This document shows positions 13,075 through 24,387 of a stretch of DNA of 64,000 nucleotides, in pieces. Source of the DNA: Eledone cirrhosa (Eukaryota). Both the position numbers and the translations under genes were made by a program. The notes under the pieces were generated by a model, which was not told the DNA's origin, did no database searches, and saw nothing but the letters and a program-made list of their open reading frames with translations. Where the stretch lies: the NCBI GenBank assembly GCA_964016885.1, contig OZ024745.1, positions 32,984,001-33,048,000 on the forward strand, given 5' to 3'. Position 1 is the first letter of the stretch; every line of letters begins with the position of its first letter.

Positions 13075-14642
13075 ATCTACTTACTTTTTAGTAAATATAT
13101 TTGCTAAGTATCTCTGTTTAAACGAAAATCATTTTAGTTTAGTGAAAAAAACAAAACCAAACAAACGTAATTACTATGTCGTATGTAATACATTCTTGCC
13201 GATCGAATTTATTAAAAATAATTCCTTATTTATTGAACAAATATTAACCTCAGTGATAAACTCTCACCAGCCTCTGATCAAAAATGTTCTAACTTTGACC
13301 ATCTCAGCTTTTCGTATTTCTAGGAGCATATTGTCCAATGTTTCCTTCTTTGAAGATGGCAGTATGTGATGTACAGGAATTTGGCTGTTATTTCTCGCAG
13401 TATAGAGAAACATTAAGGATGTCGATTTGGTAGAGTGGTTAGATCGTTGGATATTTGTTGCAGTTCTCTGTATTCTGAGTTCAAATCCCACCGAGGCCCA
13501 CTTTGCCTTTCATTGGGGTCGATAAAAAAATACTAGCCCAGTACTGGTACATCTCTCTCTCCTTCCAGTTGTCACATGGATGTTCCACTGTATCAAGGAA
13601 GAGAAATCTGAAAGTGTATCTGTGTCTACTCAGCACTGATTGGACACTTAAAACACTTAGCGAAAGCATGATATATACTACCAAGTCGTATTCGATTGGG
13701 AGTAAGGGCTGTAGTTCCCAAAGGGGGTTCCGCAAAGGAGTGTCTAGGGTTCTGTGAAAAAAGTAGGCGTATATTTATATTACGACCATATAACAGTATT
13801 ATAGTTTGGGGTTCCCCCAAAAGTTTCTGAACCAAAAAGGGTTCTGCGTTTGAAAAAGTTTGGGAAACGACTGGTGCTTTTTTGTTTTTCTGCAGAAACC
13901 ATAATATGTAGTGAGTTCTCTAAGTCATTACTTTCTAATGATTTTCTATGGTTGTCTCTATACGTTAGATACTATACACTGACTGTTGCTCTATCGTATG
14001 TAATACTATTTCCTTCCTTTATTAGTCCTCAATGTATTGTTAAACATAAATAAGATGTTTATGTAATAATTCTATAATAAAGCTTACATAAAATGACATT
14101 ACAACTTCCTTATTCAGCCAGGTTTGTTTGATGTTGTCTAAACAAGCAACTATTAACTGACTGTTACAGATAGCTAGATAGAAATTATTTTAACATTTTA
14201 ACGATTATTAGTGAAGGTGGGTGACTAAATGGTTAAAGAATTGGATTCGCAGTTGTGAGGTTGCGATTTCGATTCCCGGACCGAGCGGTGCATTATATAT
14301 AGCCTTGAACAAGACACTTTATTTCGCGTTGTTCCTTTTGCCAGGAGTTGCGACTGGTAAATAGTATCAGCAATGGAAAGACTAATGGAAACATTGTTTC
14401 CTTGGTCTGATTTGACGAATCCCATCTCACTCGGTAAGCGAATGGGGTCTGGGATTTTGTCGATCGTTTTTTTACTAAAGATTATCAAAAATCTTTGAAA
14501 ATTTCACCATGTATTGCCATATCGGTAATCATATAATTACATGGGTTATTTGGATGAAACACAGAAAAATGTGACTAACAGATCAAATTTATACAATTTA
14601 TTCAAGTATAGCATGTAAATATTAGATGCAGAGACTTATAAT

Positions 14643-14830
14643 AACTGTTTCTACTTTTGGCACAAAGCCAGCAATTACCCAGTGGATTACTGGTACTTTA
14701 TTTTATCGACCCCGTAAGGATGAAAGGCAAAGTTAACCTCGGCGGGATTTGAACTCAGAATGGCAAGGGCCGTAACTCTATGCGTCAAAGCATGGCGTCT
14801 GACCTTCTACCGATACTGCCAATCCACCGC
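14643..14830 (-). mobile_element. tRNA-derived SINE copy
   Basis: Full head GGCGGTGGATTGGCAGTATCGGTAG.. on the minus strand plus the family body. Confidence 0.8.
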
Positions 14831-15137
14831 CTGTACTTATAATAACGATCTCTAATTTAGGTACAAGGCCAGTAAGTTTGGAGGAGGAGAAAGTCGATTA
14901 TATTGACTCAGTACTTTATCTTATCGGCCTTAAAAGGATGAAAGGCAAAGTTGATATTGACGGGACTTGAACTCAGTGTGTAAACAGTTGCAACAAATAC
15001 TGCTAAGTATTAGACCGACGTTCTTATGACTCTACCAATCTACTACCCTCGCTGATATTTAGTTGTTCATTCTTTTATATATAGTAAGATTAGATAAATT
15101 TTAGCTGTATGTTCTTCACACTTATAATTTTATACAT

Positions 15138-15268
<131 letters not shown>

Positions 15269-15340
15269 GTATGGTAGGATACCAGGTAGACCATAACGTA
15301 CCAGAGTACTCGATACTTCGGGTAGTACAGTAGGTAATAG

Positions 15341-15458
15341 GAAAAGAATCAGGACCCTGATGGCTGAGTTCCGGCCGTTTCGACAGCTAGATCTGGTCCC
15401 GACCGGATGTAGCTGTCGAAACGGCCGGAACTCAGCTGTCGGGGCCCTGACTCTTTTC
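15341..15458. mobile_element. 118-bp palindrome resembling a decayed inverted hammerhead pair from a second Penelope-like family
   Basis: Inverted repeat. Plus arm reads GGTCCCGA-CCGGATGT-AGCTGTC-GAAA-CGGCCGGAACTCAGCTG-TC-GGGGCC, with a non-canonical core. Between (TA)n tracts. Confidence 0.45.
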
Positions 15459-16184
15459 ATATATATATATATATACAGTGGCGGACTGGCAAAGTTTCCA
15501 AGTTGCCCAACAGCAAGTGGGCCCCAGGGGGTCTACGGTAGCATTGCAGGGCCCACTGTAGTATTTTAGGGGCCTTGCTTTCAAAAAATACCTGAAATCT
15601 AAGAGAAAGAATAAATTTTTTAATTAAATAAATAGAACAATTAAGCAAAGCATTTGGTCAACCAATTCCCCAGGGAATTACTAGAAACCAAAATATACGA
15701 TAGTGCAAATAGCTGGAATCGGTGGTTGTAGTCTACTAAATCTAAAGTATTCATTCATGCAGGCAAACATACATATATAGACACAGACATACAAGCATAT
15801 ATATGTATATATATTTATATACTTACACACGAACTACTGACCAAATAATATTTGGTATCAATGGGTTAAAGACATCTGTCAAATCAATTAGTGGTGAAGG
15901 TGGTGTATATATATATATAGAGAGAGAGATAGATAGATAGATTACACACACACATATATATATATAAAGTGGTAACACAATAGTTATTTCACCATACCGA
16001 GAACAATTGTTTCACCTTAGCGGATCTTCAGGAGTGTGAAAGACCAAAGGTCATTATTAAAAGTAGGTTTATAAGTATGAATTTTCATAAGATTTTCGTA
16101 GTTGTCTCTGTGGCCTCGGGGTAGGTACTAGAGACGGTGGAGATCCTGGTCAAGAGGCACATGTAACTCTTCTATCCTATAAGT

Positions 16185-16415
16185 GTGAATATTTTGTATA
16201 TCCAGCGATATACGGTATGTTCATGACTAAACATTTAAAACTGATGACCTAGCGACATCTAACGCTTTCAAATGTTTATTCATAAGCATACCGTTGGTGT
16301 TAGGAAGGGCATCCAGCCAGAATCAGTTCCCATCCCACCCTTGCAAGCAGGGAAAAGCGGACGTAAAAGTGATGATGATACCGTATATCTCTAGATATAC
16401 AAAATACTCATGCTG
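16185..16415. mobile_element. Hairpin (MITE-like) element with an inserted 83-bp retroposon 3' end
   Basis: Arms AATATTTTGTATATC..TATACGGTAT / ATACCGTATA..GATATACAAAATACT. The insert (16295-16377) ends in (GAT)n and is flanked by a 7-bp TSD ATACCGT. Confidence 0.6.
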
Positions 16416-16679
16416 ATATGTAGACAGCTATGTTAGATCAAACACGTTAATCCTTCCATCATAATTTTATGTAAAACCCATTCATTAATGAGAAAGTTAG
16501 TGGTATTTGTTCCTCCTAATTTCTTAAATATTTGAAAATTCTAGTCCCTTTATTTTTATTAAAATATGGTAACAAAAGGGTTAAATAATTAAAACAATGT
16601 AAAGGGGAATAACTTATACTGAATACAGTGAATAACTCTTAACGCAGTGGAAAATATCCAATACCAAAACAATTTTACG

Positions 16680-17215
16680 TGACGGTTGCCGTTGAGACCA
16701 CTGGTGCCTTCAGACCCTGGACTGCCGTATTCTTCCGCAAAATCAGGAGTGCAACCCACCTGATGGAATAGCGAGTGTCACTGGCTGTTTTTTGCCGGCA
16801 AAGCTTTCGCCATCCTGTTCACAGGGCACAGCTGAGATGATATCAACTAGACAGGTATGTAGTCTGCCCCTCCCACCCATTTTTTTCTCTTTTCCCCTGT
16901 GAATAAAAGAACTGTAATAAAAAGGCCGACACCTCACCGCCTTCGGTCACGATGACCATGAGATCTGCATATGGAAAGTTTCCCTCCAGAGGCACAAGTC
17001 CAAGCAAGGTTGTTTGTTAAAGACCAGCAGTCGCCCATCTCCACACCACCGATGTTGTCCCAAGGGAAAGGCAAAGGCCGATACAGCTTGGCACCAGTGA
17101 TGTCACGTGAAATAAAGTGTCTTGCTCAAGGACACAATAAACCACTCGGTCTTGAAATCGAACTCGCAACGATTGTGAGCCCAAAACTCTAACCACTAAG
17201 CCATGTACCTTCAAC
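16680..17215 (-). mobile_element. Retroposon with a tRNA-like head (SINE or RTE 5' UTR type)
   Basis: Minus head TGGCTTAGTGGTTAGAG..GAGTTCGATT..GTCCTTGAGCAAGACACTTTATTTCACG, also seen at ~14220 and ~51140. Confidence 0.55.
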
Positions 17216-17448
17216 TATAAATATAACATGTAAGGGAAAAAACTTGTTTCACTATTATTAGACCTTAGCATAATCTAAATAAGCCAGCTGTCCATTCCTA
17301 CCGATTGTAAACCAAGTTCAAAATTATTTTCTCTTGCTTTTTATATATCGCCAATAATTAAAGCTACGATTTTCATAAATATAATATATAAATATCCGAA
17401 TTTAGACACATTCCATAGGAAAATGAGTGGTGTATTTAATATTTAAAA

Positions 17449-17636
17449 TAATTGTTTCTACTTTAGGCACAAGGCCAGCAATTACCAGTGCATTACTGGT
17501 ACTTTATTTTATCGACCCTTTAAGGATGAAAGGCAAAGTCAACCTCGGCGGGATTTGAACTCAGATCGTAAAGGGACGTAACTATGCTGGAAAGCATGGC
17601 ATCCGACCCTCTACCGATACTGCCAATACACCGCCC
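17449..17636 (-). mobile_element. tRNA-derived SINE copy
   Basis: Family body and head. The flank TTTAATATTTAAAATAAT is duplicated on both sides, like a TSD. Confidence 0.8.
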
Positions 17637-19684
17637 TTTAATATTTAAAATAATGAGGCAAGTTGCATTTGGCCTTGAGATAGCGTTATTATATAGCTTC
17701 AGTTAAATGCACAAATATAGTCATCAGAGATGATTGCATGTGATGTATAGGAAAGTGAATGGGAGGTTGAAATTGTAAGATTTAATTTTGGAGCAAGATA
17801 GAAATTTCACAAAAAAAAATTTCATTGTTTGGGACGAGATGCCAGATTTGAATTTTTTCATGAAAGTGATAAATTTTGATCTCTGCCAAAATTTATAATT
17901 TACTGAGAAATGACAATTAAAAACAAACTAGGTAACTAGAATGTACTTTGCTCTATATTATTCAAGTCGGGACAAATCAGTTTTCAAGGGGGTCCTTCTT
18001 GGTGATCTATACAAACACTCAGTATAATGTGGACTCTTCAGCTGTGACAAGCATAACACTAGTGCTGGAGCCTCAATAAAATGCACTTGTTAGAAAGACA
18101 TTGTATTCAAACCAAAGGCCCATCTGACAAACTAGCAGCTCCACCTACTGGTAAGAAGCACTAAATTATGATTTTGCTGACCTTATTGTAGTAGCTCCTT
18201 TTAGTTTTTCAAACTGTACATAAAGATCTTATGTAATACCATGAGCTCCAACAAATCTATGTCTACATGTACTATTAGTGTGCTGATGTGACATTTGGTT
18301 CAGCATATTCAGCTCTTGATAAGATCGTGGTTCATATAGTCGGAAACACTTACCAAACAAGGGAGGTGATTATATTTATAGGATAGACTTATGGGTGTGA
18401 TATTGAAGACAGTATGGTGCAGTTTGAAGGACACACAGGTCAGGTATCTTAAGCTGGCAGAGTACAGAATGTCACCAATCCTTGTGCTTCTTTTCAACCT
18501 TTACTACATCTTAGATCACCAAGATTTATGTACTTAATACAGCTGTCATCATCCAGAGTTCGTTCCAAACCAAGTTTTTCATTCAACCAGCCTACACAAT
18601 ACTTTCATTGTTTAGCCACCACAAATCTGCAAATAGCTCATTGCAATGCAGTGTTTTTCACATAACACTTAGGTGGGCAATGGTACAAAGCTTCTGAATT
18701 TGAAACCTACTACAGCTATTGTGACCAATAACCTAAGTAACAAATTCTAGTGAACCTTCCAGTTGAGTTGATCTATGCTGCATACAAAGTGTATCTCCTG
18801 TTAATTTACCGGTAATACCATAACATTTTTTTTTTTTGTGCCAAGATTATATTAAGTCCAGAGTTGTTTCTAACCAACTCACAAAAGGTCAAACTAGGCC
18901 ATTTTCCAGCATCATGTCACTCTCTACTTTAAACCTTTGTCCAGCAGGTGGAGAGTTGTCAGAACAGATCCAATAATTTTGGTTTCAAAGCTACTAACAA
19001 CCAAAACTCGTCATGTGGGATGTCACTACTGTAAGCCAGTGTCCAAGGCTGCAAAAATAGAATACCATATTCAGGGTGACACAAAGTCACTAGACCTTTT
19101 CCAAAATATAACCTTTATTCACTGTAGATTAATTGTATCTCAATTCTGAGATACGACAGGGACAGAGTTATATTACTCCAAAGAGGAAACCCATTTTGAC
19201 TGCTTGCATTTACTTTCTTTCAGCTATTACCAAAGATCCATGACCATAGATAGGTTATGGGTTGGCACAAATAGTGAATTACCTCTTCTAATTACTGAAT
19301 GCTTAGGCTGGCACATTACTGTACCAGCCCCTACACTAGCTTCCTGCCCTCCGAAGGGTGCAAACTGTAACCTAGAACAGAACAATTACAGGCAAGGAGC
19401 AGGACTGGACCTAGTGGAAGAGGCTATTCAGGTGTGCTGCTGTAAATGACTGCACAGACAGTTTAAAAAAAACTTATTTACACCCGCGTTTTTGTGAGAT
19501 GGGTAGTCGGTACTTAATTTTGAGTTTCAACAGCTGTATACCCTTCCAACACTTTCCTGGGCATATTAAACCATTTATCAAACTGTTTTTTGGAACAGAA
19601 ACTATATTCCTAGTGCTTAAACTATCATAATTTCATGTTAATTATAACCCTAATGTAGTCAAGAGCAATGTATATTACTGCAGT

Positions 19685-19784
19685 TGAGGACTCAGACATC
19701 CAAGAAAGGAAGGTAACCTTCATAGAACATTTCTCTGGTGGAAACCGCGAACAAATAAGTTCATCATCATCATCATCATCCTCA
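19685..19784 (-). ncRNA. SNORD14: U14 box C/D snoRNA, copy A
   Basis: Box C within (ATG)n, domain A TTCGCGGTTTCCAC, domain B CCTTTCTTGGATGT plus box D CTGA, terminal stem TGAGGA/TCCTCA. Confidence 0.88.
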
Positions 19785-20112
19785 TGACAGTAGTAAAAAC
19801 AAAAGTATTAGGCTTTATTCTTACTGTTAAACCAACCATGGAAATGTCTACCACTCCAAGCAATTATATGAATTCTAGTCTTGGCAGACGTTAATCCCTT
19901 AAAATGAATGCTACCAATTGTCCGATATATTAAAAACATGGTAGTACTCTTCTCCAGAAATATCTATATTTAAAATAAAGTCTCCCAATTTTTTTTTTAA
20001 ATTTGTTAATAAATAGGAAAATCACCTAGGTTTGTTTGAATCCAGCTAAATAACCGTTGATGTGAAAATTTGATAGTGATCAATAAAAAAAATTGTGCAA
20101 GTGACAGCTGTA

Positions 20113-20211
20113 GAGAACTCAGACATCCAAGAAAGGAAGGTGACCTTCATAGAACATATTTCTCTGGTGGAAACCGCGAACAAATAAGTTCAAAACATCA
20201 TCATTGTTCTC
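20113..20211 (-). ncRNA. SNORD14: U14 box C/D snoRNA, copy B
   Basis: GAGAAC-A-ATGATGA..TTCGCGGTTTCCACCAGAGA..CCTTCCTTTCTTGGATGT-CTGA-GTTCTC matches U14 architecture, with 18S-complementary domains A and B. Confidence 0.92.
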
Positions 20212-20636
20212 AACAGCTGACCTTTGGACAATTCTCTTTGGAATGTTATAATGGAAATTAAGGAAATCTATCAACGGTCACAATAGCAGAAAAATTTGTT
20301 AAATGTCGACAATCTCCAATCTCGCCAGAGCAATAACAAATATTAAATGAATCAACCATCATTCTATATAATGCATGTTATGATTTCGACCACTTATTCA
20401 TGGAAAGGGGTGGGGGTCCTTCAACACTCCTTCCAGAAGCAAGTTTGCAATTGATCTGGCTGGATCCCCAAACGAGACCAGAACTCATGGATATTATCCA
20501 ACCACCTTGCTCAGAGTCCATCCGTGTCTCTCGGTTGATTTTGTCTGTAAAATCTGTCCAGAGACAAAGTTGTGATCTATCAAGAAAATTTTAAAAACAG
20601 CCACGTATCATGTCAAACCTATAGTTAGTTCTGTGA

Positions 20637-20736
20637 AAGGGAATTCAGACATCCAAGAAAGGAAGGTGACCTTCATAGAATACATCTCTGGTGGAAACCG
20701 CGAACAATAAGTTCAATTCGTCATCATAATACCCTT
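20637..20736 (-). ncRNA. SNORD14: U14 box C/D snoRNA, copy C
   Basis: Box C 20721-20727, box D 20645-20648, domains A/B intact, AAGGG/CCCTT stem. Confidence 0.92.
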
Positions 20737-21149
20737 ATATACAGACTGATTAACAAGTAGCAGAACATCTAAAGTTCACCCGTAAACGCACGCTTGATAT
20801 CTAATGTTGCTTGTTCTTATTTCGGAAACTTTAAATGTAACGTTCTAAATACCAGTTTATCATGGGGAAACATTTGGCTATGAATTCAAACCTAAGCAGT
20901 GATATTTCATTAGAAATATGACAAAAAGGGCTAATGCGGAAATACTCTAACCCTACGTGTTTCTGACATCTGTCGAATATCTACAATAGAAATTGTTCAC
21001 AGAATCACCCTGCAGAGAGCTGTTTAACATTCATTTGTATTCGGTATTCATCCAGTAAAATAAAGATCAATTAAATCAGCCCCTAGGTTAGAATGGTTAA
21101 GTGTAGGCGATATCTCAGCATTGCAAGATATTCGAGATTCTCAATGTAA

Positions 21150-21330
21150 TAATTGTTTCTTTTGGCACAAGGCCAGCAATTACCAAGTACATTACTGGTA
21201 CTTTATTTTATCGACCCCGTAAGAATGAAAGGCAGTCAACCTCGGCGGGATTTGAACTCAGATCGTATAAGGGGACGTAACTATGCTGGAAAGCATGGCG
21301 TCCGACCCTCTACCGATACTGCCAATCCAA
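21150..21330 (-). mobile_element. tRNA-derived SINE copy inside the snoRNA cluster
   Basis: Family body and head. Confidence 0.8.
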
Positions 21331-21569
21331 GCTTCACAGTGGAGAACAGTCGTAAGGAATGATGTTGGTATGGCTTGTTTCGTGTATATATTTCCATTAT
21401 TTTGTTAGTTTTACTGTGGGTAGCAACGTGGTTGTCTTGCTGACACTAGCGATCTCTTGAATTTCCAGGCCAAAATAAAAAAAAAAATTAATTTTTACAA
21501 TACCATACGACCGGGATTATGAGATTCCTCTATAAGTGGAATAATTTGGAACAATTTATACCGATTAAA

Positions 21570-21668
21570 TGAAGGGAATTCAGACATCCAAGAAAGGAAG
21601 GTAACCTTCATAGAATACATCTCTGGTGGAAACCGCGAACAATAAGTTCATCATCATTATACCCTTCA
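21570..21668 (-). ncRNA. SNORD14: U14 box C/D snoRNA, copy D
   Basis: Box C 21651-21657, box D 21580-21583, TGAAGGG/CCCTTCA stem, domains A/B intact. Confidence 0.92.
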
Positions 21669-21790
21669 ATAGAGCGATAGTGTCATATGTGTTGAGATAA
21701 AAGGGAAAAGGCACGAGTCAAAACATCAGAACATACGCAAAAAAGAAACTAATGGTATTTAATTAACCCAATTAATTATATGCTGCAGTA

Positions 21791-21889
21791 GAGAACTCAG
21801 ACATCCAAGAAAGGAAGGTGACCTTCATAGAACATATTTCTCTGGTAGAAACCGCGAACAAATAAGTTCAATACATCATCATTGTTCTC
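21791..21889 (-). ncRNA. SNORD14: U14 box C/D snoRNA, copy E
   Basis: Box C 21876-21882, box D 21797-21800, GAGAAC/GTTCTC stem. One C>T change in domain A (GTTTCTAC). Confidence 0.9.
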
Positions 21890-22135
21890 AACATGAAAGC
21901 AGCAATAATTCTAAAATCCACATCGAGGAAAGGACAATATTGAGGCCCCCAAGTTGACATCAGCGGGACTTCAACTTGAACTCAAGTCGTAACCAAATAC
22001 CGTAAAGCATTTTATCCGATGCTCTACCGATTCAGTCAATACCCCTATCCCAATTTCAATTTCATTAGTAGAATCTATAATGAAAACCTGTTACACGGAA
22101 CGATGTTAAGACTATCCGGGAATATAGTTCTGTGG

Positions 22136-22236
22136 AAGGGAATTCAGACATCCAAGAAAGGAAGGTAACCTTCATAGAATACATCTCTGGTGGAAACCGC
22201 GAACAAATAAGTTCAGTCCATCATCATTATACCCTT
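22136..22236 (-). ncRNA. SNORD14: U14 box C/D snoRNA, copy F
   Basis: Box C 22221-22227, box D 22144-22147, AAGGG/CCCTT stem, domains A/B intact. Confidence 0.92.
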
Positions 22237-22422
22237 GTATACATAGTTGTAATAAAAGTATCAAAATACAACCGGGATGTGATATGAAACATGTAGCAGA
22301 AAATGAAATTGCAATCATGTACATACAATATATTGAACACATTGCGATGTCTACAAAACAAAACTAATTTTAAAATGGTTATAAACTTTCATACATCAAG
22401 CCATCTACAACTCAGTATTTAC

Positions 22423-22490
22423 ACCAATCAGTTAACAACAATTCAACAACAGTTTCAGAACAGGTCTGTGAAAATTATCATCATATTGGT
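22423..22490 (-). ncRNA. SNORD25: U25 (snR56-equivalent) box C/D snoRNA
   Basis: ACCAA-T-ATGATGA-TAATTTTCACAGACCTGTT-CTGA(D')..CTGA(D)-TTGGT. The guide TCACAGACCTGTT is complementary to the conserved 18S sequence AACAGGTCTGTGA. The D'+5 rule gives the G equivalent to human 18S Gm1490. Confidence 0.88.
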
Positions 22491-23086
22491 AAAATACTTT
22501 AAACATAGCTACGAGCTGATATACAATGTTTACATGTCTTTCAGTTAGATTCAATGTCGACCCAGCAACAAAATTATAGCCTTTTGAAAACGGAGATTCT
22601 TCTTCTTGAGATTCTTTTCGAAACATGCTGTATATCATTGGTTCTTAACCAGGGGGGGGGGGGGGGCATAGAAAGTTATTGCTTGAGCCACCGGAATTAT
22701 CTAGAAATCAAAAAATTTTATGCATAAAAAAGAAGAGTTTCCTAACAATTTTTTCTTGCTTCAAATTATCAACTTTCTAATTATGAAATTACTTCACTTG
22801 ATAATCATTTTAAATCTGGATATAACAATTCATGTTTTAGTAAATAAACTTAGTTTTATAACAGGATATATTTATTTTAGTAAATTTCTCATTGACAAAT
22901 AAAGCCATGCCGAAATTATTTCTACATAAAAATATTATACAAAAAAAGCTTGAGATAGGATCAAATATAGCAGTATCATGAAATAAATAGCCAATGCATA
23001 CCGAATACTTTTTCCTAGCAGCACTTACATTTACACGCAAGACCATGGAACCAGCTTTTCGAAAGACAAACCACCAACTAATAAAA

Positions 23087-23172
23087 GTATTGAGGTCAGG
23101 TACTGTCTAGTAACGCTCACTGATGTTGTCACATCTCATGAAACCCAGTTAATATTCATCATTCCTCAATAC
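23087..23172 (-). ncRNA. Box C/D snoRNA, candidate snR65-like guide for LSU rRNA
   Basis: Perfect 9-bp terminal stem GTATTGAGG/CCTCAATAC, box C ATGATGA (23156-23162), box D CTGA (23096-23099). D-guide CTAGACAGTA against the conserved LSU sequence TACTATCTAG gives 9/10 pairs. Confidence 0.8.
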
Positions 23173-23706
23173 ACAGCCAAAGATTTTTAATCACCACATT
23201 TTTCTAAAGCAATCATGTAACCATTTCCTAAATCGCATATATGCCTAAGTAATCAAATCCATGCCACTACCATAAATGAAACCGTAAGGGCGAGTCGGCC
23301 GCGTGGTCCCGGAGGGCATGATGAAGACATTTCCTCGGAAGACGGCAAGACGAACTGGAACATACATCAACCTCGCACCTAGAAGCAGCCAATTCCTCTC
23401 AGATAGCAGAGATGTGGTACCCGAGAGCGAAGAGGACTGGAAGTAAAGAACCAACAAAGAGCAACGAAAGAACGAAAATTTAAACAAAACTACTATTCTT
23501 CACACAATTCAGCTGAAACACCTAATTCAAGTAACGAATATCATAGTTAATACTATATATCGGGATTTTTTTTAATCGACATTCATCCCTCCTGGTAAAC
23601 TCGACGTCACCAACTGCTGATGCTGTTAACATCTGAAATATAAAATAAACACCCAACTGTAAAAGCAGAGGAGTCATTTCAAACATTTATAATATAGATA
23701 TATAAC

Positions 23707-23835
23707 GACTGTGGCAAGGTCTATACAATATACGACATATATATATCAATTAGTGTATAAACCTTGCCTAATATAATATAGCAATTATTTTACACAGTCA
23801 TTCAACAAATGAGGACTGCTCTAGCAAAATTGCAA
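23707..23835 (-). ncRNA. Box H/ACA snoRNA, candidate guide for the LSU uridine equivalent to human 28S U3830 (legacy numbering) / yeast U2347
   Basis: Hairpin 1 has stems GCAATT/AATTGC and GCAGTC/GACTGT with pocket TTGCTAGA / GTAAAAT. H box ATATTA lies 14 nt below the pocket apex. Hairpin 2 GGCAAGGTTTATACA/TGTATAGACCTTGCC is followed by ACA plus 3 nt. About 129 nt. Confidence 0.8.
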
Positions 23836-24387
23836 TCAACGAGTCTTTAACAAACAAGTCTCTTTACCCACGTGGAGAACTCAAACGTGTATAAAATAAA
23901 ATTCCCCATTTCATAGGCTCCCCCCCTTAAATTGAAGACTCCCTACAATTTAACATTTCATGTTACTAATACTATCTTAAATAACATTTCATGTTACTAA
24001 TACTATGTTAAATAAATTACAATTATTTACTGCGAATGACTACGATGTTCTATAATTAATAACGTCATAGAGCCATTAACAATGTACAGCTATAATTATT
24101 CGCTAAATATAACTACTTTTAGCCAATTTAATAATTAGGAGCCCAGCTCACATGTGTTACTACACTTCATATATTTCTAAGATTGCATCTGTTAAAATAA
24201 TTAAATATCTCTCTCTATATATATATAAAGATAAAATTAATCTATAATAATTAACAACTAACCCAGGATGAATGCTAAATTAAGCCTCTCTTATTTAAAA
24301 TATAAATTTGTGGTGTAAAAGTTAAGCGTTTAAAAGTATAAAGCAGGAGGAGAACTTACAAGATGTTCACAGGTGGACGGTCCTCAG

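Noticed and set aside
16240-16290. CTGATGA within a hairpin, possible hammerhead or SECIS
   Set aside because: No GAAA core partner or SECIS quartet; it is the centre of a MITE-like hairpin.
18480-18556. Minus-strand ATGATGA box C-like motif
   Set aside because: No matching box D, terminal stem or recognisable guide.
20285-20365. Possible C/D snoRNA with TGTTATTGCT complementary to 18S AGCAATAACA
   Set aside because: Box C (ATGATGG) and D-like boxes (CTGG, CTGC) are non-canonical and there is no terminal stem.
19685-22236. Repeated ~95-bp units with unique spacers, superficially CRISPR-like
   Set aside because: Eukaryotic context, irregular 120-830 bp spacing and no cas genes; the units carry C/D boxes and U14 guide domains.
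22988-23046. Peptide 'VSAARKKYSVCIG' resembling actin 'APPERKYSVWIG'
   Set aside because: Very short match with no flanking actin similarity; most likely chance.
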